The notes beneath the pieces were generated by a model, which was not told the DNA's origin, ran no database searches, and worked only from the letters and a program-made list of their open reading frames with translations. A stretch of 64,000 nucleotides of DNA from Octopus vulgaris (taxonomy: Eukaryota), in the NCBI GenBank assembly GCA_951406725.2, contig OX597821.1:94178001-94242000 (forward strand), given 5' to 3'. Made by a program: the position numbers and the translations under genes. This document shows, in pieces, positions 41,708-54,124 of the stretch (its first letter is position 1; each line of letters opens with the position of its first letter).

Positions 41708-42355
41708 TGTGTGTGTTTGTGTGTCTGTGTTTGTCCCCATAGCATTGCTTGACAACCGATGCTGGTGTGTTTATGTCCCCGTTACCTAGCGGCTCGGCAA
41801 AAGAGACTGATAGAATAAGTACTGGGCTTACAAAAGAATAAGTCCCGGGGTCGAGTTGCTCGATTAAAAGGTGGTGCTCCGGCATGACCGCAGTCAAATG
41901 ACTGAAACAAGTAAAAGAGTAAAAAAGAGAGAGAGAGAGAGAGAGAGAGTAACTCCCGTAGCTTTTAAATGTTTTCATTGTTAACTTTATTCCTGTACAT
42001 TTTAATGTTTCGACTGTTATTGATAGCAACTCCTGTTGGTTTGTTCGTAGCTTTTAAATATCTAATTTGCTCGCGAATGTTTAAATGTTTCTTCACTTTT
42101 TACTGTGGCTAGTTTAATGTTTTGAAATGCCGGTGCCCACCACCAGATGATGGAAGATGCTGCGAATGCGCTGTTTTCTGACTGGCCGAAAATTCTGAAA
42201 ATTATTAAACTTTGAACACCTGTAACATTTTCGTAAAACTTTTCTGGAATAAATGAATAGCAAATTCGGATTCATCGTCAAAAATTACATCTATATGATG
42301 CATTAAAATACTTTTTTAAGATTTCGACATGCAGTCACGAAAACCATCAAGATCG
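40936..42355 (+). mobile_element. Merlin/IS1016-like DNA transposon remnant with an inserted SINE
   Basis: TIR-like GATCTTTGTGGTTTTCGTCACTG / CAGTCACGAAAACCATCAAGATC. Remnant motifs GTHTQ...LCEFMWRR...DNLFYKIL at about 41230-41390. Confidence 0.55.
41470..41925 (+). mobile_element. Bipartite tRNA-derived SINE, full length
   Basis: Head, internal (TA)n and tail are all present. Confidence 0.82.
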
Positions 42356-42359
42356 ACCT

Positions 42360-42555
42360 CGTGTGTACCGTTGGCGATATTTTTCCCTCTGTCTTCCCTT
42401 CTCTGGATCTTTCCTTTTCCTATGTTTCCGACGAAGAGCTCCGCTCGAAACGTTAAACCCTCCTTCTTTCCTTCTTTCCTGAGCGTCCAATAATACTATA
42501 TTTGTTCCACGTCCTCGCGTTGTTGTTTTTTTGTATTTTCTTGTTTGGATTAACT
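42360..42555 (+). mobile_element. Hammerhead-bearing module, family A
   Basis: Homologous to the 11338 and 49055 copies. The 3' end runs into (TA)n. Confidence 0.65.
42424..42458 (+). ncRNA. Minimal type I hammerhead-like motif (CCGACGA variant)
   Basis: GTTT-CCGACGA-A-GAGC/TCC/GCTC-GAAA-C-GTT-AAAC, with palindromic AACGTT stem III. Confidence 0.55.
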
Positions 42556-42579
42556 ATATATATATATATATATATATGG

Positions 42580-42830
42580 GTACAGGACGCCACCAACTAT
42601 GCAAATAACATGAACCACGTAAACAAACGAGAGAAAAACGAGTGAAATGCGTGAACAACGACAAAATGGAAAACAGGACAAGCTAATACAGAGAAAGGAC
42701 CCTTCATCAGTTGTTGGCTGTCTATCTAATCCTCATTACGAGCATTCAACGACAACATGAGTCCTCAAAGACAGCTGCTCCCACAAATTCTAAAATAAAA
42801 TTTAGGATCTATGGAGGGTAAAAGTTGGGA
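42580..42830 (-). mobile_element. TA-associated repeat, family C (putative Penelope-like end)
   Basis: Minus strand ...ACAGCCAACAACTGATGAAG... is related to 50770-50970 and 51470-51780. Confidence 0.5.
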
Positions 42831-43287
42831 ACGAAAAAATGACGGTGGAGACATACAAGGAAATCGAACGAAAACAAGCATGGAAGGTTGCTAGACCAGA
42901 ACGAGAGGGAAATAGTGAACGCCGGGATAAGAATAAGGAACTGAGAAACAAAGAAGAAACAAAAGAAAAATGAAAATGAGAAAATGTTGAATGTATCAAG
43001 GATGAAAGACATTTAGTTGACAAACACACACCCACATATATTATCGACCACAATTACTTAACGTACACAACGCGAGTATTTGCTGGTAGGCTGCGACATG
43101 GCGTGACGGAGATTACTCTTTCATAGCACCGGGTGTTAAAACACTTGAAAGTCATGGACAGGCTAGACAACTCAGGAGCGATGGAAATCGATGTTTCGCT
43201 ATTTTATGTGGCTTATCAACATCACGTATTCGAACGGAATCGAAGGTGAATAGACCTCTAGGGCACACTGTATGCATATAAGCCACA

Positions 43288-43650
43288 TAAAACGACGACG
43301 CCGTGGTGATCTCATTCTTGCTCACAACATCATAAGCGGAAAGTGTAACCTCTCGAAAGAGCTGTTCTTCACTCCTGCTCCAGAGCGTCGGCTGCAGGGT
43401 CATTCCGAAAAGCTCTATCTGCGACGATTTCATCTCAATCGAAGGAGAGGGGCTTTCTCCGTCCGGGTTGCGGATCCGTGGAATAAGCTGCCGGACGAGA
43501 TGCCGACGACCGCTCGGTTCAAAGTCTCCCTTGACCACAAGTGGCCTGAACTCTTTACATGAACACCACCCTGTACATAACTCCATGTCCCCTTACATGG
43601 CCTTGCTTTTTGCTTTTTGAGCCAAAAAATTAACTAACTAACTAACTATA
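43288..43650 (+). pseudogene. CR1-type LINE 3' end
   Basis: RRRRGDLILAHNII...QGHSEKL...RRGAFSVRVADPWNKLP, followed by a (TAAC)n tail. Confidence 0.8.
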
Positions 43651-43660
43651 TTAATGTATA

Positions 43661-44180
43661 CCGTAAATCCTCGAGTATAATCCGCATTTTTTCCCAAAAT
43701 TTAAGGGTCAAAATCCCTAGTACGTACTATATACGAGATTAAAAATGAAAATTATTTTCTAAGCAATGTCCGAGTCTCTATTTGCTGTCCGGCAATGTTT
43801 ATTCAGACGCATTTTGTTATGTCGGGTGCGAAAATACCTTAAGCTAAGCCTGAAAGCAATGAAGTTGTAAAAGACTCGTTCATAACTTGCAGTGAGCAAC
43901 ATTTATTAAACGTTATTGTTGTTATTGCTGTTATTTCTTTATTTTCTGCAAACAAAATGCACAAAAAAGCTACACGTTTGCATTATGTTATATATACAAT
44001 AATAATAAAGGACGTTACCGTATACATTTTTACAAACCAAGGACGTTATATAGACCTCCTTGACTCAAGTTAGAGAAGGGGTGCGTATTACACACAAGGT
44101 TTAAGTTTTTCAGAGGTACAGCCCCCTAAAAATCCCCCGCGTATTATACTCAAGGGCCGACTATACTCGAGGATTTACGG
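43661..44180. mobile_element. pogo/Tigger-like MITE
   Basis: Perfect 19-bp TIR CCGTAAATCCTCGAGTATA with TA flanks. Confidence 0.85.
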
Positions 44181-45182
44181 TATATATCAATTGTATGATT
44201 GCTCCTGTGGCATATACAAAGTATGAAAGATGCATAATTCTTTCTCTCTCTCTTTCACACACGCATATTTAGAAACATTTACGCAAATACATATGATGAT
44301 GCTTATATCTGCCACAAGGGTTATTAAAGTTGATATTACGAAACAAAATAAGAAACAAAAAAACAAGCAAATAAACAGACTGCTGTAAAGTGAAGTGTTC
44401 AGCAACGAAGATGATTAATAGAATGAGTGGTCGGTTCGAGTGGCGTGGAGTAGAGATCCACCTAACGAATTTCTAACGAAGAAGGAATGAAGTATGTTGC
44501 TACTTATGTAAAGAATGTCATTCCAAGACATATGGTGTAGCTTTGGGGTATTTTCTGTTTATAGTGGCGTTGGTGTTTTTGTTGTTGTTGTTGTTGGTGG
44601 TGCTGGTTGTGGTGGTTCTAGCAATGGTAGGTAGTACCATGACATTAACTTATCTTTTCTTCTAATTATAGTCAGGTGTGATCACACATACTTATACACT
44701 CACTCATACACCTGTATACTACATGAGTATATTAATATGTGCTTATAAGAAACATTGATGTATGTGCATACAGGTATACATACATACATACATACACACA
44801 CACACATATCCATATATACATAGATACATACATACAAGCATATATATATACATACACACACACATGTGTGTGTATGAATGTATATACATACACACACACG
44901 CACATATATGCATAACTTCATTTTAAATGCGTATATAGATGCATATATATTCATATGCTTGTAGTCTACTCACACACACACTTACACACACACACACGCA
45001 CACACATATTGCATACACACACACGCAAATATACAAATATCTATACACACATACGCAAATATAAAAATATCTATACACATACATACATACATACATACAT
45101 ACATACACACATACATACATACATATAAAAATATCTATACACATACATACATACATACATACATACATACATACACACACAC

Positions 45183-45213
<31 letters not shown>

Positions 45214-45295
45214 CATACATACATACATACATACATACATACATACATACATGTATATATGCATATAATGCGTGTGTATATATATATATATTATA

Positions 45296-46545
45296 TTAGG
45301 TTGTCTCACATGAAATGTATTTTAAATGGGTTTCTTATTAGTCATCTATAAATGGAATTTTTAATGAGTTTCTATGCATATGCTTGTGTTTTCTCTTAAC
45401 TCTTTTTCTTTCTAGACAATACTATTATTCAAAATTGCTACCCACAGCTCTTATGATAATGTTAACAACTGAACAATACCGAGTGATTTTCTTGTACGAA
45501 TACAAGTTGGGTCACTCTGCCACTGAAGCTCTACGAAACATCAAGCGGGCTTTTGGTAACGATTCTGTTGACATTAGAACTATTCGGAGATGGTTCCAAA
45601 GGTTTCGTTCGGGAAATGAAAGCCTTAAAAATGAACCAAGAAGGAGACCAAAATCAGTTATTCGGCATGATCAACTGAATGCTTTGGTTAAAAGAAATCC
45701 GAGAACAACGGTCTGAAAAATCGGATCAGAGCCCCGGACATCGCCCGCAACTGCTTCTCGACACTTGAAGAAAATTGGAAAAGTCAAAAAGATGGATAGG
45801 TTTGTTCCCCATCACCTTAATGACATTCAAAGAAACAGACGCCTTATAGTGTGTTCCAAGTTGATTTCTCGATTGGAAAGAAAACCATGTTTGTATCGAC
45901 TCATTACGTCTGATGAGAAATGGATATTCTTTGATAACAGCAGGTGGACAGGACAGTGGTTAGATGAAAGAGAGTCACCAAAACACTACCCAAAACCCTC
46001 ATTGCACCCTAAAAAGTTGATGGTCACTGTATGGTGGTCAATAAAGGGGGTTATTCATTATTCGTTTTTGCAACAAGGTAAAACTGTAACAGCAACATAT
46101 TATTGTCAGGAAATTGATTTTATGCATGAAAAATTAAAAAAGAAGCAACCCATATTAGTCAATTAGAGATGGCCCAATTTTGCTTCATGATAATGCACGG
46201 CCACTCACTTCTCAAGTTACGGTCCACAAGTTGCAAAGCCTGAATTATGAAATTTTGGTACATCCTTCTTATTCTCCTGATATCTCTCCTACTGATTATC
46301 ACTTCGACTTTGCTATACGTAACAAAGCATTCTTAAATAAAGAAGAGGTAATTGAAGCATTCGAACAGTTTATCAGTGTAAAAGATGACAAATTCTTTGA
46401 AGATGGAATATATGCCTTAGAGGAACGTTGGATGGAGGTCATAAATGAAGGATCATATTTTGATTAAATAAATAAATATTCTAAAACTTAAAAAAACAAT
46501 TTTAATGTTTCCTTTTTCAAATGTGACATTTCACGTGAGACAACC

Positions 46546-46549
<4 letters not shown>
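45296..46549 (+). mobile_element. Full-length defective mariner transposon
   Basis: TIRs TTAGGTTGTCTCACATGAAATGT / TTAAGGTTGTCTCACGTGAAATGT with TA flanks, about 1.25 kb. Confidence 0.92.
45459..46467 (+). pseudogene. Mariner transposase pseudogene
   Basis: HTH N-terminus, FVPHHL, ITSDEKW, LHDNARP and YSPDISPTDYH motifs. Premature stop at about 45714 and frameshift at about 46166. Confidence 0.92.
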
Positions 46550-46619
<70 letters not shown>

Positions 46620-47801
46620 CAGGGTGTTCAAATAGTTTTTCTGCAGTGAATTTTTTCCATCCAAGATGTATTTCAAAACATGTGTAGAAGAGTCAACTTA
46701 TGTATTGAAAATGAAGGACAAAACTTTCAACACATCTTATAAAGCTTTTTAAAGTCTTGTAAAGTCTAATATATTCTTCTGTAGTCTTATACAATCTTTT
46801 AAATATTCATTTTGCAATAAGATACTTACTGCGGAGAGACCTTTTGAACACCCAATATATACATCTATTCGCGTTAGAGTGTGTATGTTCATGTAATCTG
46901 GTGTCTGCGAGTGTGCATATATATGTGTGTCTGTGTTCGTGTGTGTGTCTGTGTATGCGTGCGTGCATGTGTGTGTGTATGTGTGTTCGTGTATGCGTGT
47001 GCGCGTATATGTGCATGCGTATTTTTATAGGCAGATTCCAGTATTTAATGCTATTTAATGTTAGATATCCGTTATTCCACATGCCAAAACTTCAACTCCC
47101 TCCTCCGCGCAGAGATCTCGTTATTAATATACCTATACATTACGTGAACATTATAACCAATCTCTCACCTTATCAAACCAGCTTCTCTGAAGCTATAGTT
47201 GTAATTCAGAACAACCGTTGTTTTTTTTTCTTTTTCATCCATTTCCTCGCTATTCACTAATGCAGCCATTAACACTTTGTTACCCAATCATAACAACACA
47301 ACTCTGAAGATGGCCATAAGTTGATTCAAAAAAAAAAAAAGAAAAAGAACCCTGCCTAGTTTGTTCTTCTGTCTTTTCTTTTTGTCTCCGGCTGCTTTTC
47401 TTCTCATTTCCCTCCACCTCCACCTTCCCTACTACATCATCCTTTCCCTCCACCTCTTTCTCCCCCTCCTCTTCCTCCTCATCCTCCTCATTCTCCTACA
47501 CTTCCCTACTTCCCCTCAAGCTACTCTTCTTCCCCCTCCTATGCTTCCACACCGCCCCTCCTCCTCCTCCTCCTCCTCCTCCACTTCCATACTTCCCCTC
47601 AAGCTACTCTTCTTCCCTCTTCTATAATTCCCCACCGCCCCTCTTCCTCCTCCGCCTCCTTCTTTACTAGCTGTCATATGCAGTTTCATACTTATCCGGG
47701 GTGTCTCTTTAGCGAGTTTGAATACTTCAGCACGATATTAGTTTAACGGCATTCCTTGATCGATATCCAGTCATTCACACACGCAGACACACACACACAC
47801 A

Positions 47802-47877
<76 letters not shown>

Positions 47878-48916
47878 ACACACACACACACACGCACACA
47901 CACGCACGCATGCACGCACACGCACACAAAGAAACAGAAAGCAGAACTCAGATCACATTCAGATATCGACAACAGCAAGAAAGAGATCGATGTCCTCTAG
48001 ACACCTCTGATCTTTCTTTTTACATATTCCCATGGCGAATCCGAGGGTATAAGGTCATCGCTTGTTTGACGTTTGTATGATCGTTCTTCAAATGGGTCCT
48101 TTTGTTCGACGAATCACTCGCTTTAAATAATTTTTCCATTCCATTATGATAGACAGATCACTTATCTTACAGACATCTCCATCCCGTTATTATATAAAGA
48201 CAACTTATTTTAAAAACGTCTTTGTTATATCAAGAAGCACATTTCATTCAAAGACGTTTCCTTACCGGTATAAAATAAAGATCGCTTATTTAAGAAAACA
48301 AAAAAAAAAGAAAAAAACATCTCCATTATGACAGGATGAACATTTATTTTTAAAATGCTTCCAATCCGGCTGTGTATTTTTTTCATCAATGGTCGATTGG
48401 TTAACCTGTATGGAAGAAAATCAAACTTTCAGTAGTAGAAGTAAATCTAAGAAGAACCAGGATATTGGAGTACAGTACATTATCCACCAGACCCTTTTAT
48501 CTTTTACTTGTAATAGTCATTGAAATGCGGTCATGATGGGGTACCGCCTTGAAGAATTTAGGAATTTTAGTCGGACAAATCGCCCCCATTGCTTATTTTT
48601 AGGTGTGATACTTTTTATATCTAACCACTAAGTTACAGGGGCCCGAACAAACCAGCACCGGTTATGAAGTCACAGGGAACAAATACAAACACAAAGACAT
48701 ATACATATTATATATATATATGTGTGTATGTATGTATGTATATGTATATAAAATAACGTCTGTGTATACATTTGCGCTCTTCCTACAGCACAAAGAGCAT
48801 TTTACTCATAGTTCTAGCAATTTAGGTGTCTTGGCACCTTTAGTCACATTTAGTAACGATTGAATTTCTCCTGAATAGGGAAAAATTATCAATTATTCCC
48901 TTTTAATAAATTTATT

Positions 48917-49007
48917 TATATTAAGGGCATTACTATACATAAAAGCCTCACATGTTTATTATGGTAGTGTTTGACTTAGAGTAAGGCATTTATGTATAGT
49001 AATGCCC

Positions 49008-49015
<8 letters not shown>
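48917..49015. repeat. Short inverted repeat with 27-bp arms
   Basis: TATATTAAGGGCATTACTATACATAAA ... TTTATGTATAGTAATGCCCTTAATATA. Confidence 0.8.
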
Positions 49016-49054
<39 letters not shown>

Positions 49055-49059
<5 letters not shown>

Positions 49060-49256
49060 ATCCAAACAAGAAAGCACAAAAAAAACACAACGCGAGGACG
49101 TGGAACAAATATAGTATTATTGGACGCTCAGGAAAGAAGGAAAGAAGGAGAGTTTAACGTTTCGAGCGGAGCTCTTCGTCGGAAACATAGGAGAAGGAAA
49201 GATCCAGAGAAGGGAAGACAGAGGGAAAAAATCGCCAACGGTATACACGCGGTCAC
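49055..49256 (-). mobile_element. Hammerhead-bearing module, family A
   Basis: Reverse complement of 42360-42555, with the hammerhead-like motif at 49152-49186. Abuts (TA)n. Confidence 0.65.
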
Positions 49257-49287
<31 letters not shown>

Positions 49288-49949
49288 TGTATGTATGTAT
49301 GTATGTATGTATGTATGTACGTACGTACGTATATCATAAGAGAGACAATCATTCTTGTCAACTCGCAGGGAGCCGGTCCGGTTTCTGTGACTGAAGAGAT
49401 GATAACTATTCCGAAATACTGAGTAGCTGGTGCTGCAAGCTGATTTTGGCGTATTTACACCATTTGTCTACGGCGTGAAATGTTCTCCATGACAAAATAC
49501 TGAATGGCTTTCTTGTGGGTTCGAATATTCCCCTAACATATTTGAACTGTTAAACACCTTATATTTATACACGTCACTGCTTGGCGCTGCCACCCCGTAA
49601 TTTTCCGAAATATTATCTGCGATAGACTGTTGTTCGATCCAAGAATACTTGCATCGCTAATCATGTCAACCACTGCCGTTCTTTAGAAGGTGTTGGGCAA
49701 TTAACTTCAAGTATTAGTTTCAAATTAGGCACACTTCGCAGTTTTTCTCCTTCATTCAATGGATTTGTTAGCAATTTGATGTTTTCAATAGGCCTGGAGC
49801 TCATTAAAAACTCATGTACATTGGATATCTAAACACTTGTCTAATATTATGAGGTGGCGAGTGCTTAATTCATAACACAGCGACACCACACCTCCTCGTA
49901 TAAGTATACACACATAGAAACACACAATGTATATACATATGTATGCGTG

Positions 49950-50025
<76 letters not shown>

Positions 50026-50249
50026 CGTACATATATTTATGCATATATATATATGAATATATATATATGTTATGTGCGTATATATGTATATATTATGCGT
50101 ATGTATGTATGTATGTATGTATGTATGTATGTATGTATGTATGTATGTATGTATGTATGTATCTACCCGTGTGGGTGTGTGTGCATATAATTGAATTCTA
50201 GTTGCTTTTAATTAGAGTGAAATTCCTTATACTGTAACTCTGGTATTGA

Positions 50250-50328
<79 letters not shown>

Positions 50329-50769
50329 ATAAACATCCATACGCAATGTTTTACCATAAAGGAAAAATATAATTGTCACTAAATACAGCCTACGAACATC
50401 AAGACACCTTCACTCCTAGAAATAGGAGCTAAATGCTCTAATGCTGCAGTAAAAGCACAGGATTGTATACATATATGCGCACAGGGCTGTAATAACCCCA
50501 AAACACCCAAAACACATATACGCATGAGGGAGTAGACAAGCGAAAGAAAGGGCACTTAACACATTTATTGTATTATTTATATGTACTAATCAAAATAGTT
50601 TGATTCGGATTCCATACTAATTCAAGTTTCGAAGCCTTTTACAGAGTCTGTCTCCTCAGGCTGGTGGACACCATCCCGAAGAGATAGGCTCCGTTAGGGG
50701 CCTGCAAAACTTGAAGTAGCACGGAATCTGAATCAGACTGTTCCTATGCTGTTTGTTCGTTCGAAGCCC

Positions 50770-51785
50770 TAACTCTCCACGAATTTCATATTTTAAAAAT
50801 TGCTGGATGCTGTTCCCTTATTACGTTTTCCTATCTTATCGTTGAAAGCTCGAAATAGGGTGTAATAAACAGTTGACAACTGAGGAGGAGTTTAACTTCT
50901 TCTGCTATTTTGTCTCTCATTATGTGTTTACGTATTTTTCGCTCGTTGTGGTTGTCCTGTTCTTATTGTGTATTTTTTATTTATTTATAATCGGACGCCA
51001 CGCAGCCTTGTCCACAGTAAGTTATGACATTTATGTATAATTTCTGCGACTCCACACTGTTTTCTTTCTTTATCTTCTCTATCCCTCTATAATCCTCTTT
51101 ATTTTCCGTATCACCCCCTTATTCTTTGCTGTCCCCTGTCTATATTTCGTTCCTTCTCCTCACTTCCGTTGTTTCTTTTCCTCATCCTCTCTCTTGTCTC
51201 CCTTCCCTCTTGCTTGTTTGCTCACACGTGACTACAGGACATTTCTCTCACATCTGTCTTTTCTGGACGCGATGTCCATTTTGCTGGACGTCATTCCTCT
51301 CGCCTCCCGACATTTTTTGTCTTCCACTATTTTCTTCTCTTTATTTATTCTATATATTTTCAAAATTTCTCCAAGGCGTTACCCATTACAATGCCTCTTG
51401 ACCTAACGGCCCTTAATGTTTGTCTTCGTCAATTGTTTACTCTGTACGTCCACTCTGTTGTTATTTGTTCGTTCGAAGCCCTAATCCTCCACAAATTTTA
51501 TATTTTTAAAATTGCTGGATGCTGTTGTCTTATGAAGTTTTCCTATCTTTTTGTTGAAAGCTCGAAATAAAGAGTAATAAACAGCTGACAACTGACGAGG
51601 AGTTGGACTTCTTTTGCTATTTTGTCCCGTATTTGTCTCTCGTTATGCTTTTACGCATTTTCACTCATTGCTGTTGTCTTGTTCGTATTGTGTATTTTTT
51701 CGCATTTTGTCCTGTTCTTATCTCTCGTGAGTTTACGTGTTTTTCGCTCGTTGGTGTTGTCCTGTACTTAATGTGTGTATTGTAT
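50770..51785 (+). mobile_element. Family C repeat, two direct copies (about 50750-50970 and 51465-51780) ending in (TA)n
   Basis: TTCGTTCGAAGCCCTAA...TTGCTGGATGCTGTT...GAAAGCTCGAAATA...GACAACTGA is duplicated. Confidence 0.5.
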
Positions 51786-52844
51786 ATATATATATATATA
51801 AATTAGCGCCGAACAGTTTAGGCATCAGTTAGTAACGTTTAGGTTAGTTAAAATATGTTTGTCACATATTTCAACTGCTAAAAGGCAAATTCACTGCAGT
51901 AACCTTGGACACAATTTTCTCTTATGATAAAAAAAGCGTAAAAACACCATATTTGTCCAGTGTTGCTATCTATCAGGATTCCTAGACATCGATGTTTCTA
52001 GCTCCTTAGCTGTCATCAATGGAAAACACTTAAGAGAGGCAACTCTGGGCAGACCTTATTAAAGCTATAGCTTTAACTAAAATAGTTACGGTGTTTTACA
52101 ACTTTTTACTATAAAAGAAAATTTCCTCCACGGTAACTGCAGTGAACGTTTCTCGGACAAGTGTACACTTAACATAATTTTCACACACATCCAGCGTGTC
52201 GCTGAGATATAAAGATGGGCCTTTGAATAGCACGTACAATCCATCATACAGACTTCCACACTGTTGCCCTCTAGCAAACTTGGGTCGAATCGAGGATCTG
52301 ATAAAAAGACTCTTGTACTCATTACAAGATACTCTGCAACATGTTATATTCTTTGCGCTCAAAAATAAAATCTCCAACATAGATCTTCAAATTGATATAG
52401 TTCGTTTTTGTCAATAACCGTCTAACACCTGGAAGACTGACTTTATTAGAAATGGCCACGTCACCAGCTTTTGGATCAACCATCTAGTGCGCTACTTCGT
52501 CAGCAAACTTGCATAATCACCACTTTTCTAAGCAATCTTTTATTAGAACGATGCTTCATATATGTGTACACACCATTGACAAACTTGTAGAACTCAATAC
52601 TCATTTCTATTACTAACATTTACTCCGATTGAGTATAGGTGACATTAACTTCCTTTGCGTTCATATGTGACCTCAACTCCATTTTTCGTATAATTATACC
52701 ATTTGTCTTCTATGTGTGTATTATTTCTGTATATTATTTTATTGGTGTCAAAATCGAAGCCTCATTTCATATATACTATTTATAATGGTCGGTATATATT
52801 GTCACACATGCATTGATTTAACCAGCTTTACTGAAAGCGTATGT

Positions 52845-53130
52845 GGAGGCACATGGCCTAGTGGTTAGAGCAGCGGACTCGCGGTCGTGGGATCACGGGT
52901 TCGAATCTCAGACCGGGCGATGTATGTGTTTATGAGCGAAACACCTAAGCTCCACGCGGCTCCGACAGAAGGTAATGGCGATCTTCTGCTGACTCTTCCG
53001 CCACAACTTTCTCTCACTCTTTCCTCCTGCATCTTGCAGTTCACCGGCGTCCCGTCCAGGTGGGAAACCTATACGCCAAAGAAACCAGGAAACCGGCCCT
53101 TATGAACCAGACGTGGCTCGAGAAGGAACA
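52845..53130 (+). mobile_element. tRNA(Arg)-like SINE variant
   Basis: GGAGGCACATGGCCTAGTGG...GACTCGCG...GGTTCGAATC head and (AAC)n tail. Confidence 0.75.
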
Positions 53131-53838
53131 AACAACAACAACAACAACAACATCAGAAAGTATATAAAAGTATTGTGAGGTGTTATTTTACATTATCATG
53201 GACTAGATTTATTATTCTCTGCATACTCCTTGAGATACAAGACGCAACGATCACGGATGGAACGCTTTAATGGTAGGTCTGATTGATCAGGTTTGACTTG
53301 TGGTTAAACGACAACAGCAATAACTGCAACAACAGTAATACCAACAACAATAATAGACATCTCATTTCCCTAAAATACCGTGACATGTCCATAACATTAT
53401 TACCTTAGTTCTGCACCTTTTCACTAGTACACATCTCAACATCACAATGAACCAAGGGAGCTTTACGTGAGGTGAAAGGAACCCCCTTTTTTTTTAGTGC
53501 CAGGGGCGAATTTCAAATGCACAAACAACCTGCGCGATAGATCTGTACTGAGAAAAATGATGAAGAATGTAACAAATTATGCACGCAATCTCATTAATTA
53601 AAATATTCTCTATAAATACATTAATTAACCAGAGTGGCATAATGCTATAATTACCTTTATACGGTATTTAAAGAAAATTATATTAAGTTACTATTTTGGG
53701 TTTTAAGGTTAAAACGGTATTGGTTTCAATGGAAGTTTTTAAACAACTCAGTTCGTAAACAGCTTCAGAATTAGACGTGGGAGAAATTTTTACCTGCGGG
53801 CGAGGAATTTTATTTCCTTTATCACCCACGGTCTATAT

Positions 53839-54124
53839 CAATGGTTCCCAGACTTTTTCGGGTTGCCGTCCCCTTGGCACTCATGCCACATTCCTAGCGT
53901 CCCCCACTCACCGCTACAAACGTAGACCGCACACTGCAACAAATTCAAAACAACGGTATTTTACAAATAAAGCATAACCTATCACATTATTTTGTAGTTT
54001 TTGCATCCATAGCCCCTTTTTGGCTACCATATTATCACCCACCCATTTTCTTCAATGTCCCTTGGATTTTCTCACTGCCCCTGGTGGTGGTGGAGAGCAA
54101 TAAAGCCCACTTTGGGAACCACTA
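53839..54124. mobile_element. hAT-type MITE
   Basis: TIRs CAATGGTTCCCA / TGGGAACCACTA and an exact 8-bp target-site duplication GTCTATAT on both sides. Confidence 0.8.

Noticed and set aside
47995-48125. Possible short host exon on the minus strand
   Set aside because: Short stop-bounded frame with no recognisable homology or clear splice-site pair.
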